Of a stretch of 64,000 nucleotides of DNA, positions 27,974-35,472 are shown one piece after another. The notes beneath the pieces are model-generated. The model was not told the DNA's origin and did not search any database. It saw nothing but the letters and a program-made list of their open reading frames with translations. The DNA lies in assembly GCA_963723855.1 (NCBI GenBank), contig CAVRSI010000013.1:166196-230195 (forward strand), given 5' to 3'. The stretch comes from an uncultured Actinomycetes bacterium. GTDB taxonomy: Bacteria; Actinomycetota; UBA4738; HRBIN12. The first letter of the stretch is position 1. Every line of letters starts with the position of its first letter. A program made the translations under genes and the position numbers.

Positions 27974-28087
27974 CTACTTCGCGATCGTCACCCACATCAG
28001 GAAGAGCACCACCAGCACCATCAGACCGAACAAGATGAACTGGATGCTCCCCTGCTCGAGGAGGGGGACCGCGTCCGCACCGATCAT
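27974..28087 (-). CDS. 37-aa single-TM peptide, last gene of the bc-like operon
   Basis: Not in the ORF track. AAGGAGGGAAACGACG precedes the ATG (cat at 28085-28087). Reads MIGADAVPLLEQGSIQFILFGLMVLVVLFLMWVTIAK. Confidence 0.55.
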   Translation of the reverse strand: MIGADAVPLLEQGSIQFILFGLMVLVVLFLMWVTIAK

Positions 28088-28115
28088 CGTCGTTTCCCTC
28101 CTTCAGACTTGGCGT

Positions 28116-28868
28116 CTATGCCGGGCCGTACCATGCGGGCGCGCTCCCACCGGTCAGGAACGCTTTCCGCTTCTTCTCCGCGCGATCGAGCAACGGGAGG
28201 TGGAACAGGAACAGCAGGATCGCAGCGATCATGAACATCAGCGAGTAGCGCGGCACGCTCCCCGAGTCGTGATACAGGGCAAGGGTGACCTGTGGGCCGC
28301 CTCCCGAGAAGTGCGCCTCCACGACCGCCAGCGGTGTCTTGCCGTCCTCGGCCGTGGCGAACTTCACGCTGTCGATCGTGAACTGCGTGCCCTGGATGGC
28401 GTCGGTGGCGAGCGGATCGATCCCCAATCCTTCGTTCGCCTTCAGCGCCAGGAACGTCGTGGCGGCGCTGCTCACGGACTGGATGGACGAAAGCTGGCCC
28501 GGGTTCGGCGCCGCCCAGCCGTCGCCGGGATACTCCTCGAACGTGGTGAAATGCTCCCCCGATACGCTGAGGCCGGCCTCCAGCACGACCCAGGCGGGCT
28601 CCTGGCCGCGCGGTCCCTGGTTGGTCGGCGTGCCGGGCCCCTGGGCCCAGAACCCGAAGAACCAGAGCGACGAGTGGATGATCAGCCATCCCGAGAAGCA
28701 GACCGCGAGGATGAGGTAGCCCATCCACTTGCCGAAGACGAACGAGAGCATCAGGTACACGCTGCCGACGAACAGGATGAACGCCATGATGACCACTCCG
28801 GCGCCCTTGAACATCGTGCCGCATTCGATGTGGAACCCCAAGCACGTGTGAACCTGCTGCGCGAGCAT
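28116..28868 (-). CDS. Membrane protein (N-terminal TM bundle, ~150-aa extracytoplasmic domain, C-terminal TM), function unknown
   Basis: In the ORF track this is the 3' part of 28116-29684. Once the cytochrome c frame is repaired, ATG at 28868 overlaps its TGA (TGATG). An alternative ATG lies at 28814. Confidence 0.6.
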   Translation of the reverse strand: MLAQQVHTCLGFHIECGTMFKGAGVVIMAFILFVGSVYLMLSFVFGKWMGYLILAVCFSGWLIIHSSLWFFGFWAQGPGTPTNQGPRGQEPAWVVLEAGLSVSGEHFTTFEEYPGDGWAAPNPGQLSSIQSVSSAATTFLALKANEGLGIDPLATDAIQGTQFTIDSVKFATAEDGKTPLAVVEAHFSGGGPQVTLALYHDSGSVPRYSLMFMIAAILLFLFHLPLLDRAEKKRKAFLTGGSAPAWYGPA

Positions 28869-29684
28869 CAGGCGCCGGCTCCGGTCGCACCCGTGGCGCC
28901 GCTCGCCCCTGAGGCGCCGCTCGCTCCTGAGGCGCCGCTCGCGCCCGAGGCGCCGCTCGCGCCTGCGGCGCCCGTCGCGCCGGTGGAGGCCGCCGGCGAG
29001 GCCGACGGAGAGTTGACCGCCTTCACCGCGTCGGGGTTCGATGCAGATGTTGTCCTTGAACGGGATGTTCTTCGAGCTCATGTAGACCAGGTAGTTCACG
29101 ATGTCGTTGATCTGCTGGTCGTCGAGCGCGCCCTGGTACCGGATGCTCCACGACGGCATCACGTTGCGCCCTTGCTCGATCGTCGTGTAGATGTCGTCGA
29201 GCGACTTGATGAGCGGGTGGCCGTACTTCGGTCCTCCGCAGACCGTCGTCAGGTTCGGGGGATAGGCGTAGCCGGTGCCCGACGGGATCACTCCGCCGCG
29301 GAGCTCCGGACCGTGACACCTGACGCATCCCACGCCGAGCTGGTTCTCCTCGCTGAACAGCTGCGTCGCGAGGTGACCCCGCGCGATGGCTTCCGTCTTC
29401 AGCGCCTTCTCCTGCTCGAGGTTCGTCGAGGGCTCGATCAACCAGGTGAAGGGGAGCCAGACGACGAAGAACGCGACCAGGAGCACGCCCCAACCCTGGA
29501 GCTTCTGCAGGAGCGGCGTCTCGAGCGCGGGATCCGACGGGCCGGGCTCCATCGCCGGCGGGATGTCCGGAGCCGGCTCGCGCGTGACGCGGCTCCGCAG
29601 GATGAGGGCCGCCGACGCCGCCACGACGAAGATGCCCCCCAGGACGAGGAGGATCACCCCCGCGGTGTCGCTCAACGCCAGCAT
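28868..29684 (-). CDS. Membrane-anchored monohaem cytochrome c with Gly/Ala/Ser-repeat tail; one +1 frame break
   Basis: Two N-terminal TM segments. Haem motif CVRCHG and distal MPSW. Removing one C from the CCCC run (plus-strand GGGG 29033-29036) gives ...ICIEPDAVKAVNSPSASPAASTGATGAAGASGASGASGASGASGASGASGATGATGAGA, stop at 28868-28870. Length 817 = 3n+1. Confidence 0.75.
28896..28985. repeat. Five tandem copies of an 18-bp unit (GCGCCGCTCGCNCCNGNG)
   Basis: Units at 28896, 28914, 28932, 28950 and 28968 (the last degenerate). On the minus strand they encode the (GAS)n tail of the cytochrome c. Confidence 0.85.
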
Positions 29685-29705
29685 GTCGTCGATCCGGTCC
29701 TCTCG

Positions 29706-30251
29706 CTATCCCGGGGCCACGCAGAACGGACCCTGCGGCGGTTCGTCGATCGTGTCGGTCCCTCGCGGAGGTCCGAGGATCACCGTCGAGGTGTCCACGA
29801 ACACGTTGCCGTTCTCGACCTTCACGACGAAGCGATCCATCCCGCGTGGGGCCGGGCCCAGCTGGTACTCGCCCGCGAAGTTGTACTTGGAGCCGTGGCA
29901 CGGGCACTCGAACCACTGCGAGGACGCGCAGAACGGCACCCGGCACCCCAGATGCACGCACCGCTGATAGAGCGGCATGATGCCGTCGGTGGTCACCTGC
30001 TCAGCCGGGTAGTCGGCGTCGGGGGTGACCTTGCCGTCCCACGGCACCACGTAGAAGCGCCCCGCACCGTTGTACACGGGTCCGTCGCCCAGCTGCGACT
30101 TGATGTCGGCCAGCGCCCCCGCGTTGATCACCGAGCCGAACCCACCCTTCAGGCTCGGCCAGAGGAACGCGATCGTCGCCCCGCCGAACTGCGCACCGAA
30201 CACGAGCAGCGAGGTCAACAGGGACTTGCGGAAGAAGTCGCGCCGGGACAT
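29706..30251 (-). CDS. Rieske [2Fe-2S] subunit (possible N-terminal extension to 30411, see findings)
   Basis: Twin-arginine MSRRDFF followed by a TM segment. Cluster boxes CVHLGC and CPCHGS. 181 aa. Confidence 0.9.
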   Translation of the reverse strand: MSRRDFFRKSLLTSLLVFGAQFGGATIAFLWPSLKGGFGSVINAGALADIKSQLGDGPVYNGAGRFYVVPWDGKVTPDADYPAEQVTTDGIMPLYQRCVHLGCRVPFCASSQWFECPCHGSKYNFAGEYQLGPAPRGMDRFVVKVENGNVFVDTSTVILGPPRGTDTIDEPPQGPFCVAPG

Positions 30252-30407
30252 GGCCGGGGCCTTCCGCGCCGGGGCCGGGCGCGCCGTCGGCGACGTCCCG
30301 TTGCACCTTGGCGGCCCGCATGAACGACAACCCGAACACGATCGCGAACACGTCGATGATCACGAAGACGACGATCGCCGCGACGACGCGGGTGGAGATC
30401 GCGAGCG

Positions 30408-31253
30408 TCATAGGTCGAAGAACACCCCTTGCGCCCACGGCCAGATCCAGTTGTAGCCGGGGCCGCGGAAGAAGCAGCCGATGATCGTGAGCGTCGCGCC
30501 GAAGCAGAACAAGATCGTGAACATCGAGATCGCGATCTTGCGATCGCCCGGCCGGACGCTCGGGTTGCGGTCCACGTACGGCACCGCGGCCAGGCCCACC
30601 AGGATGAACGTGGGGATCGTGATACCGGCGATCATCGGGTGGAAGTAGCGGAGCAGCTCCTGGAGACCCAGGAAGTACCACGGGGCCTTCGACGGGTTCG
30701 GCGTGAGGTTCGGGTTGGCCAGCTGTCGGAGCGGAGCCATCACGAACGTCGAGAAGACCAGCAGCCCTGCCGTGAGGATCAGCATGGCCACGAACTCCTC
30801 GATCAGCAGGTGCGGCCAGACGTTGACGCGGTCGCCTTGCTCGCGCTCGACTCGCTGGATGCCCTCCGGCGGGACGAGCGCGAGGAGGCGGTGCTTGTCG
30901 TTCGCGCCCTTCTTCGGCGTCGGGATGTTGCCGGTGGGAAGGGGTGCGGTGCGCACCGGCGTGGTGACCGGTGTCGCGACGGCGACGGCCGCCGCCGGAG
31001 CCAGGCGGGGGCTGCAGCGGCTGCCGGCGCGGCGGCCGGTGCGCCTGCCGCCGGGGCCGCCGCCGCGGGGGCGGACGGCTGCGGCCGGGGCCGGAGCGGC
31101 GGCTTCCTCCTCGGGATGAGCGGCCTTGTACGCGCGGACCGCGGCCGAGCGAGCACGGCCCTCCGCGACACGACGGTCCGAACCCTTCGCGAGCTCGGCC
31201 GCGAGCGTCGCGTCGAAGACTGCCTGATCGAGCGGGGTGTCTTCTCTCGCCAT
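30408..31253 (-). CDS. Cytochrome b C-terminal half / subunit IV (PetD-like) with long Ala/Pro-rich N-terminal extension
   Basis: 281 aa. PNPSKAPWYFLGLQELLRYF corresponds to the PEWY-box region. Three TM segments. The N-terminal ~130 aa are low complexity. Confidence 0.8.
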   Translation of the reverse strand: MAREDTPLDQAVFDATLAAELAKGSDRRVAEGRARSAAVRAYKAAHPEEEAAAPAPAAAVRPRGGGPGGRRTGRRAGSRCSPRLAPAAAVAVATPVTTPVRTAPLPTGNIPTPKKGANDKHRLLALVPPEGIQRVEREQGDRVNVWPHLLIEEFVAMLILTAGLLVFSTFVMAPLRQLANPNLTPNPSKAPWYFLGLQELLRYFHPMIAGITIPTFILVGLAAVPYVDRNPSVRPGDRKIAISMFTILFCFGATLTIIGCFFRGPGYNWIWPWAQGVFFDL

Positions 31254-31267
31254 CGCTCAGTCGCCCC

Positions 31268-32040
31268 CTACAGCGGTCCCGAGATGCCGCCGTCCTTGCG
31301 GATCCGCCAGAAATGGACCGCAAGGAAGATCACCAGCACGAACGGCAACGCCAGCACGTGGAGCACGTACCACCGCAACAGGGTGTTGCGGTCCCACGAC
31401 GACGCCGCCCAGCAGCAGGAAGTTGGCCTGCTTGGCGATGAACGGAGAGTAGCCCGCGAGCGACGTGCCGACCGTGACGGCCCAGATCGCCAGCTGGTCC
31501 CACGGCAGCAGGTAGCCGGTGAACGAGAGGCCGAGCGTGAGGAAGAGCAGGATCACGCCGACGACCCAGTTGAATTCCCGCGGCGGCTTGTAGGCGCCGG
31601 TGTAGAACACGCGCGCCATGTGCAGCGTCACGGAGAACACCATCAGGTGCGCGCCCCACCGGTGGAGGTTGCGGACCAGGTCCCCGAAGAACACCGTCGT
31701 CCGGATGCTCTGCATGTCGGCGTAGGCGACGGCGCCGCCGATGTCGGCCATCGGCCGGTAGAAGAACATCAGGAAGATCCCGGTGACCGTCGAGCAGGAT
31801 GAACAGGAAGAACGACAGGCCGCCCAGGCAGAACGTGTAGGTGAGCTTCAATCCGTGCCGCTTCACCTTCACCGGATGCAGGTGGTACAGCACGTTGTTC
31901 ATGGTGGCGAGCGCGCGATCGCGCGATGTGTCCTTGTAGCCCTTGCGGAAGATGGAGCCCGGCCGGAAGATCGACTTCCAGACCTCGGTGTCGCGCAGGC
32001 GGTCGCCGACCTCGCTCGGCGACGGCGGCTTGAGCTTCAC
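31268..32040 (-). CDS. Cytochrome b6-type subunit (N-terminal half of cytochrome b); two +1 frame breaks
   Basis: The two track ORFs 31330-32040 and 31257-31769, plus a third frame, join into a 256-aa protein. Contains [11 protein letters not shown] (Cys codon at 31828-31830), [38 protein letters not shown] and [29 protein letters not shown]. Breaks at about 31790-31795 and 31404-31408. Length 773 = 3n+2. Confidence 0.85.
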
Positions 32041-32085
32041 CAGGCGTTCCCTCCCCTTCTCAGCTCGATCGCGGTCGCCCCGGCC

Positions 32086-32484
32086 TCACTCCGCCGCGGC
32101 CTGCGACAGAGGGACCTCAGCCATCGGGCGCGTTCCGCCGGTCGAACCCTCCGGCAGGCGCGCATAGTACAGCGTGTCGGTGGGGCATCGGTCGACGCAC
32201 ACGGAGCACCGGGTGCACGCGTTGTCGTCCACCACGAAGATCGCAGAGGCGACGTTCACCTCTGCCCCGACGGCCTGCTCGTCGGCTCCCTCGACGATGT
32301 CCGTCGACAGCATGTAGATGCAGTTCCAGGGACACACGTCCTCGCAGGCGCGGCAGAGGATGCAGTTGTCGGGGTCGAGCATCAGATGCTTCGGGGACTT
32401 GACCCCTTCGGCGAGCCAGGCCGGGTCGACCGCCTCCACGACGTAGTCCTCGTGGATGTCGACCTCGGTCTTCGTGAATACCAT
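32086..32484 (-). CDS. 2x[4Fe-4S] ferredoxin-type protein
   Basis: 132 aa with two CxxCxxCxxxCP motifs (CILCRACEDVCP, CTRCSVCVDRCP). No signal peptide or TM segment. Confidence 0.85.
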   Translation of the reverse strand: MVFTKTEVDIHEDYVVEAVDPAWLAEGVKSPKHLMLDPDNCILCRACEDVCPWNCIYMLSTDIVEGADEQAVGAEVNVASAIFVVDDNACTRCSVCVDRCPTDTLYYARLPEGSTGGTRPMAEVPLSQAAAE

Positions 32485-32491
32485 CGCGGCT

Positions 32492-32881
32492 CTACCGATA
32501 CCCGCCCGTGGGGCGCACGTCGCCCGCCTGCCCGCGGAGCTTCCGGCGCCAGTTCTGCATGATCGCCGCGACCACCAGGATGCCGATGATCGGCACCGTC
32601 ACCAGGCCCATCGCGATCGCGTCGCGGAGCTCCTTCAACCAGAAGCCGTGCGGGCCGGCGCCGCTCCATTTCAGCTTCTGGTCGGCGAAGTACAGCCAGA
32701 ACGACGGGATCACCGATGTGAAGATGACGATGAAGAACGTGAGCACAACGGAGAAGACGACGGCCTTGGTCCAGTTCCATTCGAAGGTCTTGAGGAAGCC
32801 TTCGGCCTGCTGTTTGCGGTGGGCGAGCCGTGCCTTCGTCTTGGCGAACCGAGGCGCGTCCACAACCTCGATCTGGCTCAT
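32492..32881 (-). CDS. Two-TM membrane protein, first gene of the bc-like operon, function unknown
   Basis: 129 aa. Hydrophobic segments AVVFSVVLTFFIVIFTSVI and GLVTVPIIGILVVAAIM. GGAGA lies upstream of the ATG. Confidence 0.6.
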   Translation of the reverse strand: MSQIEVVDAPRFAKTKARLAHRKQQAEGFLKTFEWNWTKAVVFSVVLTFFIVIFTSVIPSFWLYFADQKLKWSGAGPHGFWLKELRDAIAMGLVTVPIIGILVVAAIMQNWRRKLRGQAGDVRPTGGYR

Positions 32882-32908
32882 GCCGGCATCGTCTCCATGG
32901 GCGGGGCG

Positions 32909-32914
32909 ATTATA
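32909..32914 (-). promoter_or_regulatory. Candidate -10 hexamer TATAAT for the bc-like operon
   Basis: The minus strand reads GGCTATAATCGCC, 27 nt upstream of ATG 32881. No clear -35 element. Confidence 0.35.
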
Positions 32915-32950
32915 GCCATGTGCCGTTTGACCGGAACGGACGCGGCGGGC

Positions 32951-32968
32951 TTGTGAATCGCTTCACGA
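32951..32968. promoter_or_regulatory. Rex operator-like palindrome TTGTGAATCGCTTCACGA
   Basis: Matches TTGTGAA-N4-TTCACAA at 13 of 14 defined positions. Lies in the divergent region between the bc-like operon and ccdA. Confidence 0.6.
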
Positions 32969-33090
32969 ACTAGCACTATGCCGCCCGCGAGCGCCCGTCG
33001 CAACCCAAACGGCGCGTCGCCGGCTCGCGCGCGGCGGCCCATAGGCGGCGGCCCATACACTGAGCCCCGCTCCCGGACCCCGAGGCAGCG

Positions 33091-33819
33091 ATGATCGCCG
33101 ACATCGTCCAGACCGGCCTCACCTCATGGTGGGCACCCGCCCTCGCCTTCGTGGCGGGACTCGTCTCGTTCGCGTCGCCGTGCGTGTTCCCGCTCGTCCC
33201 CGGTTACGTGTCCTTCGTCTCGGGCGAACGAGCCGTCGACGGCGAGACGCAGCGTCCCTTGCTGCCGATCCTGCTCTTCATCGCCGGGTTCACGATCGTG
33301 TTCACGCTGCTCGGTGCGTTCGCCAGGCGGTTCGTGCCGATCTTCAAGGGCGACGTGGGCCAATGGGTCGGCGGCGCCGTGGTGATCGCGATCGGCCTGT
33401 TCATGATCGGCTACGCCCTCCGGCGCGGCTCCGTCACGCTCTACATGGAGCGGCGCCCGTTCCTCGAGAAGGTCCGGCCCGGCGCGGTGGGGGCGTTGCC
33501 GCTCGGCATGGCGTTCGCGGCGGGGTGGACGCCGTGCCTCGGCCCCGTGCTGACGGGGATCCTGGCGATCGCGGTCACGGAGAGCACGCTGCGCGGCATC
33601 GTGCTGCTCCTCGCGTACTCCCTCGGTCTGGGGGTTCCGTTCTTCCTCGTGGGGCTCGGCGTCCAGCGGTTCATGGGCGCGTTCGGCTGGGTCCGTCGTC
33701 ACTACGCATGGATCGCGGGCGTGTCGGGGGCGCTGCTGGTCGTGGTGGGCGTGCTGTTGGTGACGGGGGAGTTCACCCGGATCGTCGCGCCGCTCGCTCG
33801 CTTCGCTCCCGGCTTGTGA
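33091..33819 (+). CDS. ccdA: Cytochrome c biogenesis thiol-reductant transporter CcdA
   Basis: 242 aa. FASPCVFPLVPGY and GWTPCLGP are the two conserved Cys motifs. Confidence 0.9.
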   Translation: MIADIVQTGLTSWWAPALAFVAGLVSFASPCVFPLVPGYVSFVSGERAVDGETQRPLLPILLFIAGFTIVFTLLGAFARRFVPIFKGDVGQWVGGAVVIAIGLFMIGYALRRGSVTLYMERRPFLEKVRPGAVGALPLGMAFAAGWTPCLGPVLTGILAIAVTESTLRGIVLLLAYSLGLGVPFFLVGLGVQRFMGAFGWVRRHYAWIAGVSGALLVVVGVLLVTGEFTRIVAPLARFAPGL

Positions 33820-33891
33820 GCTGCCCACAGGCTGCTCCGCTCGCACCCGCACCTGGTTCCGCGCCCGACCGTAGAATCCTCGCGAAGCCCC

Positions 33892-35472
33892 ATGTCCTCC
33901 TCCAGCCGGATCACCTTGCGACGGTCCACGGCCTTGGTGTGGCGCACCCTGCGCTCGATGCGCACCGCGCTGATCCTGTTGCTGATGCTCGCGCTCGCTT
34001 CCGTGGCGGGGTCCCTGGTGCCCCAATGGCCGAACTCGCCCGAGCGCGTGATCCGGTATCAGCTGGACCACCCGCTGGTCGGCGCGTTCTACGGGCGGGC
34101 CGGGCTCTTCGACGTGTACGGATCGTGGTGGTTCGTGCTGATCACGACGCTGCTGTTCGTCTCACTCGTCGCGTGCCTGTTCCCGCGCACCCGGGCGCTC
34201 GTGCGCACGCTCCGCCAGCGTCCGGTCCAGGCGCGCGAGATCGATGCGTTCCGGCTGTACGAGGAACGCGTGGTCTCGGCGGATCCCGCCCGAGCGATCG
34301 ACGGGTCGCGCCGCGTGCTTCGCCGCCGCCTGTTCCGCGTGGCGCGAGACGGCGACGGCCGGCCGGCGCTCGCCGCCGAGAAGGGCGCGCTCCGTGAGGT
34401 CGGGAGCCTGCTCTTCCATTGGGCGTTCCTGTTGATCGTGATCGGCGTGATCTACGGCAAGGGCACCGGCTTCACCGGCAGGGCGGTGGTGGTGGAGGGC
34501 AAGACGTGGATCGACGCGCAGGCGAACTACGACGGCGACCTGCGCACCGGACGGTTCTTCAACGACGACTTCACCGGTGTGGGGCTCCACCTCCGAGGGT
34601 TCGAGGACACGTACCGGACGAGCGGCCAGCCGATGGACTTCGTCTCGCACGTGGATCTGTTGGACCCGCAGGGCAACGTGTCCCGGCAGGCCGACATCCG
34701 CGTGAACCATCCGGCCTCGATCGACGGGGTGGAGTTCTTCCAGTACGGCTTCGGGTGGGCGCCCGTCGTGGAGGTTCGTGAGCACGGCGAGCTCATCGCG
34801 TCCGAGCCCATCACGTTCGTCCAGGACACGGCCCCCGAAGGTATCCCGCAACTGGCGATGCCGTGGCACGGCATCCTCAAGCTGCCGTCGCTGCACCCGC
34901 AGGTGGGCCTCACCCTGGAGCTCTGGCCGGACAGCCGCGCGTGGCTCCAGCTGCGGACGACCGGCCAGCCGGTCGCGATGACCCAGTCGTTCGAGCCGAT
35001 CATGTTCTACAAGGTGTACCGCGGCGACCTGACCGACACGTCGCCCCGGTCCCTCGACGCCACGGTGATGCGGAAGGCCGGACAGGGTGTCGTGGGCGCC
35101 GCGCAAACCGTCGACCTGCGGACCGGGAAGGTGGTCGCCGACGGCACCTCGGTGTCCGGCCTCACGATCTCGTTCCCCGAGCTACGGCAGTACAGCGTGT
35201 TCCAGGTGAGTCGCGACCGTGGTGTGCCCTTGGTGTTGCTTGCCGCTATCCTCGTGCTGCTCGGACTCCTGCCCGCGCTGTACTCGTCGCGACGCAAGGT
35301 CTGGGTGCGAGCGGAGCCGAACGGAACCGGAACCGTGCTCAAGGTCGGGGGATTCGCCCTGCAACGCAAGCCGCAGTTCGATGAGGAGTTCTCGAAGCTC
35401 GTGGACGCCATGGCCCGCGCCGCGGGCGACGCGCCGGCGGTCGAGGAGAGGGAGCCGGTGAGCTCGCGATGA
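33892..35472 (+). CDS. resB: Cytochrome c biogenesis protein ResB (Ccs1)
   Basis: 526 aa. N-terminal RSMRTALILLLMLALASVAGSLVPQ, a large extracytoplasmic loop and a C-terminal TM segment. Syntenic with ccdA and ccsB. Confidence 0.88.
   Translation: MSSSSRITLRRSTALVWRTLRSMRTALILLLMLALASVAGSLVPQWPNSPERVIRYQLDHPLVGAFYGRAGLFDVYGSWWFVLITTLLFVSLVACLFPRTRALVRTLRQRPVQAREIDAFRLYEERVVSADPARAIDGSRRVLRRRLFRVARDGDGRPALAAEKGALREVGSLLFHWAFLLIVIGVIYGKGTGFTGRAVVVEGKTWIDAQANYDGDLRTGRFFNDDFTGVGLHLRGFEDTYRTSGQPMDFVSHVDLLDPQGNVSRQADIRVNHPASIDGVEFFQYGFGWAPVVEVREHGELIASEPITFVQDTAPEGIPQLAMPWHGILKLPSLHPQVGLTLELWPDSRAWLQLRTTGQPVAMTQSFEPIMFYKVYRGDLTDTSPRSLDATVMRKAGQGVVGAAQTVDLRTGKVVADGTSVSGLTISFPELRQYSVFQVSRDRGVPLVLLAAILVLLGLLPALYSSRRKVWVRAEPNGTGTVLKVGGFALQRKPQFDEEFSKLVDAMARAAGDAPAVEEREPVSSR

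Noticed and set aside
28896-28985. Could the 18-bp tandem repeat be a CRISPR array or minisatellite element?
   Set aside because: The units are directly abutting with no spacers. They lie inside a coding frame, where they encode a Gly/Ala/Ser tail. No cas genes are nearby.
27948-30323. 791-aa plus-strand ORF across the bc-like operon
   Set aside because: It is antisense to five minus-strand genes that have clear cofactor motifs. Its composition is dominated by R, E, D and H.
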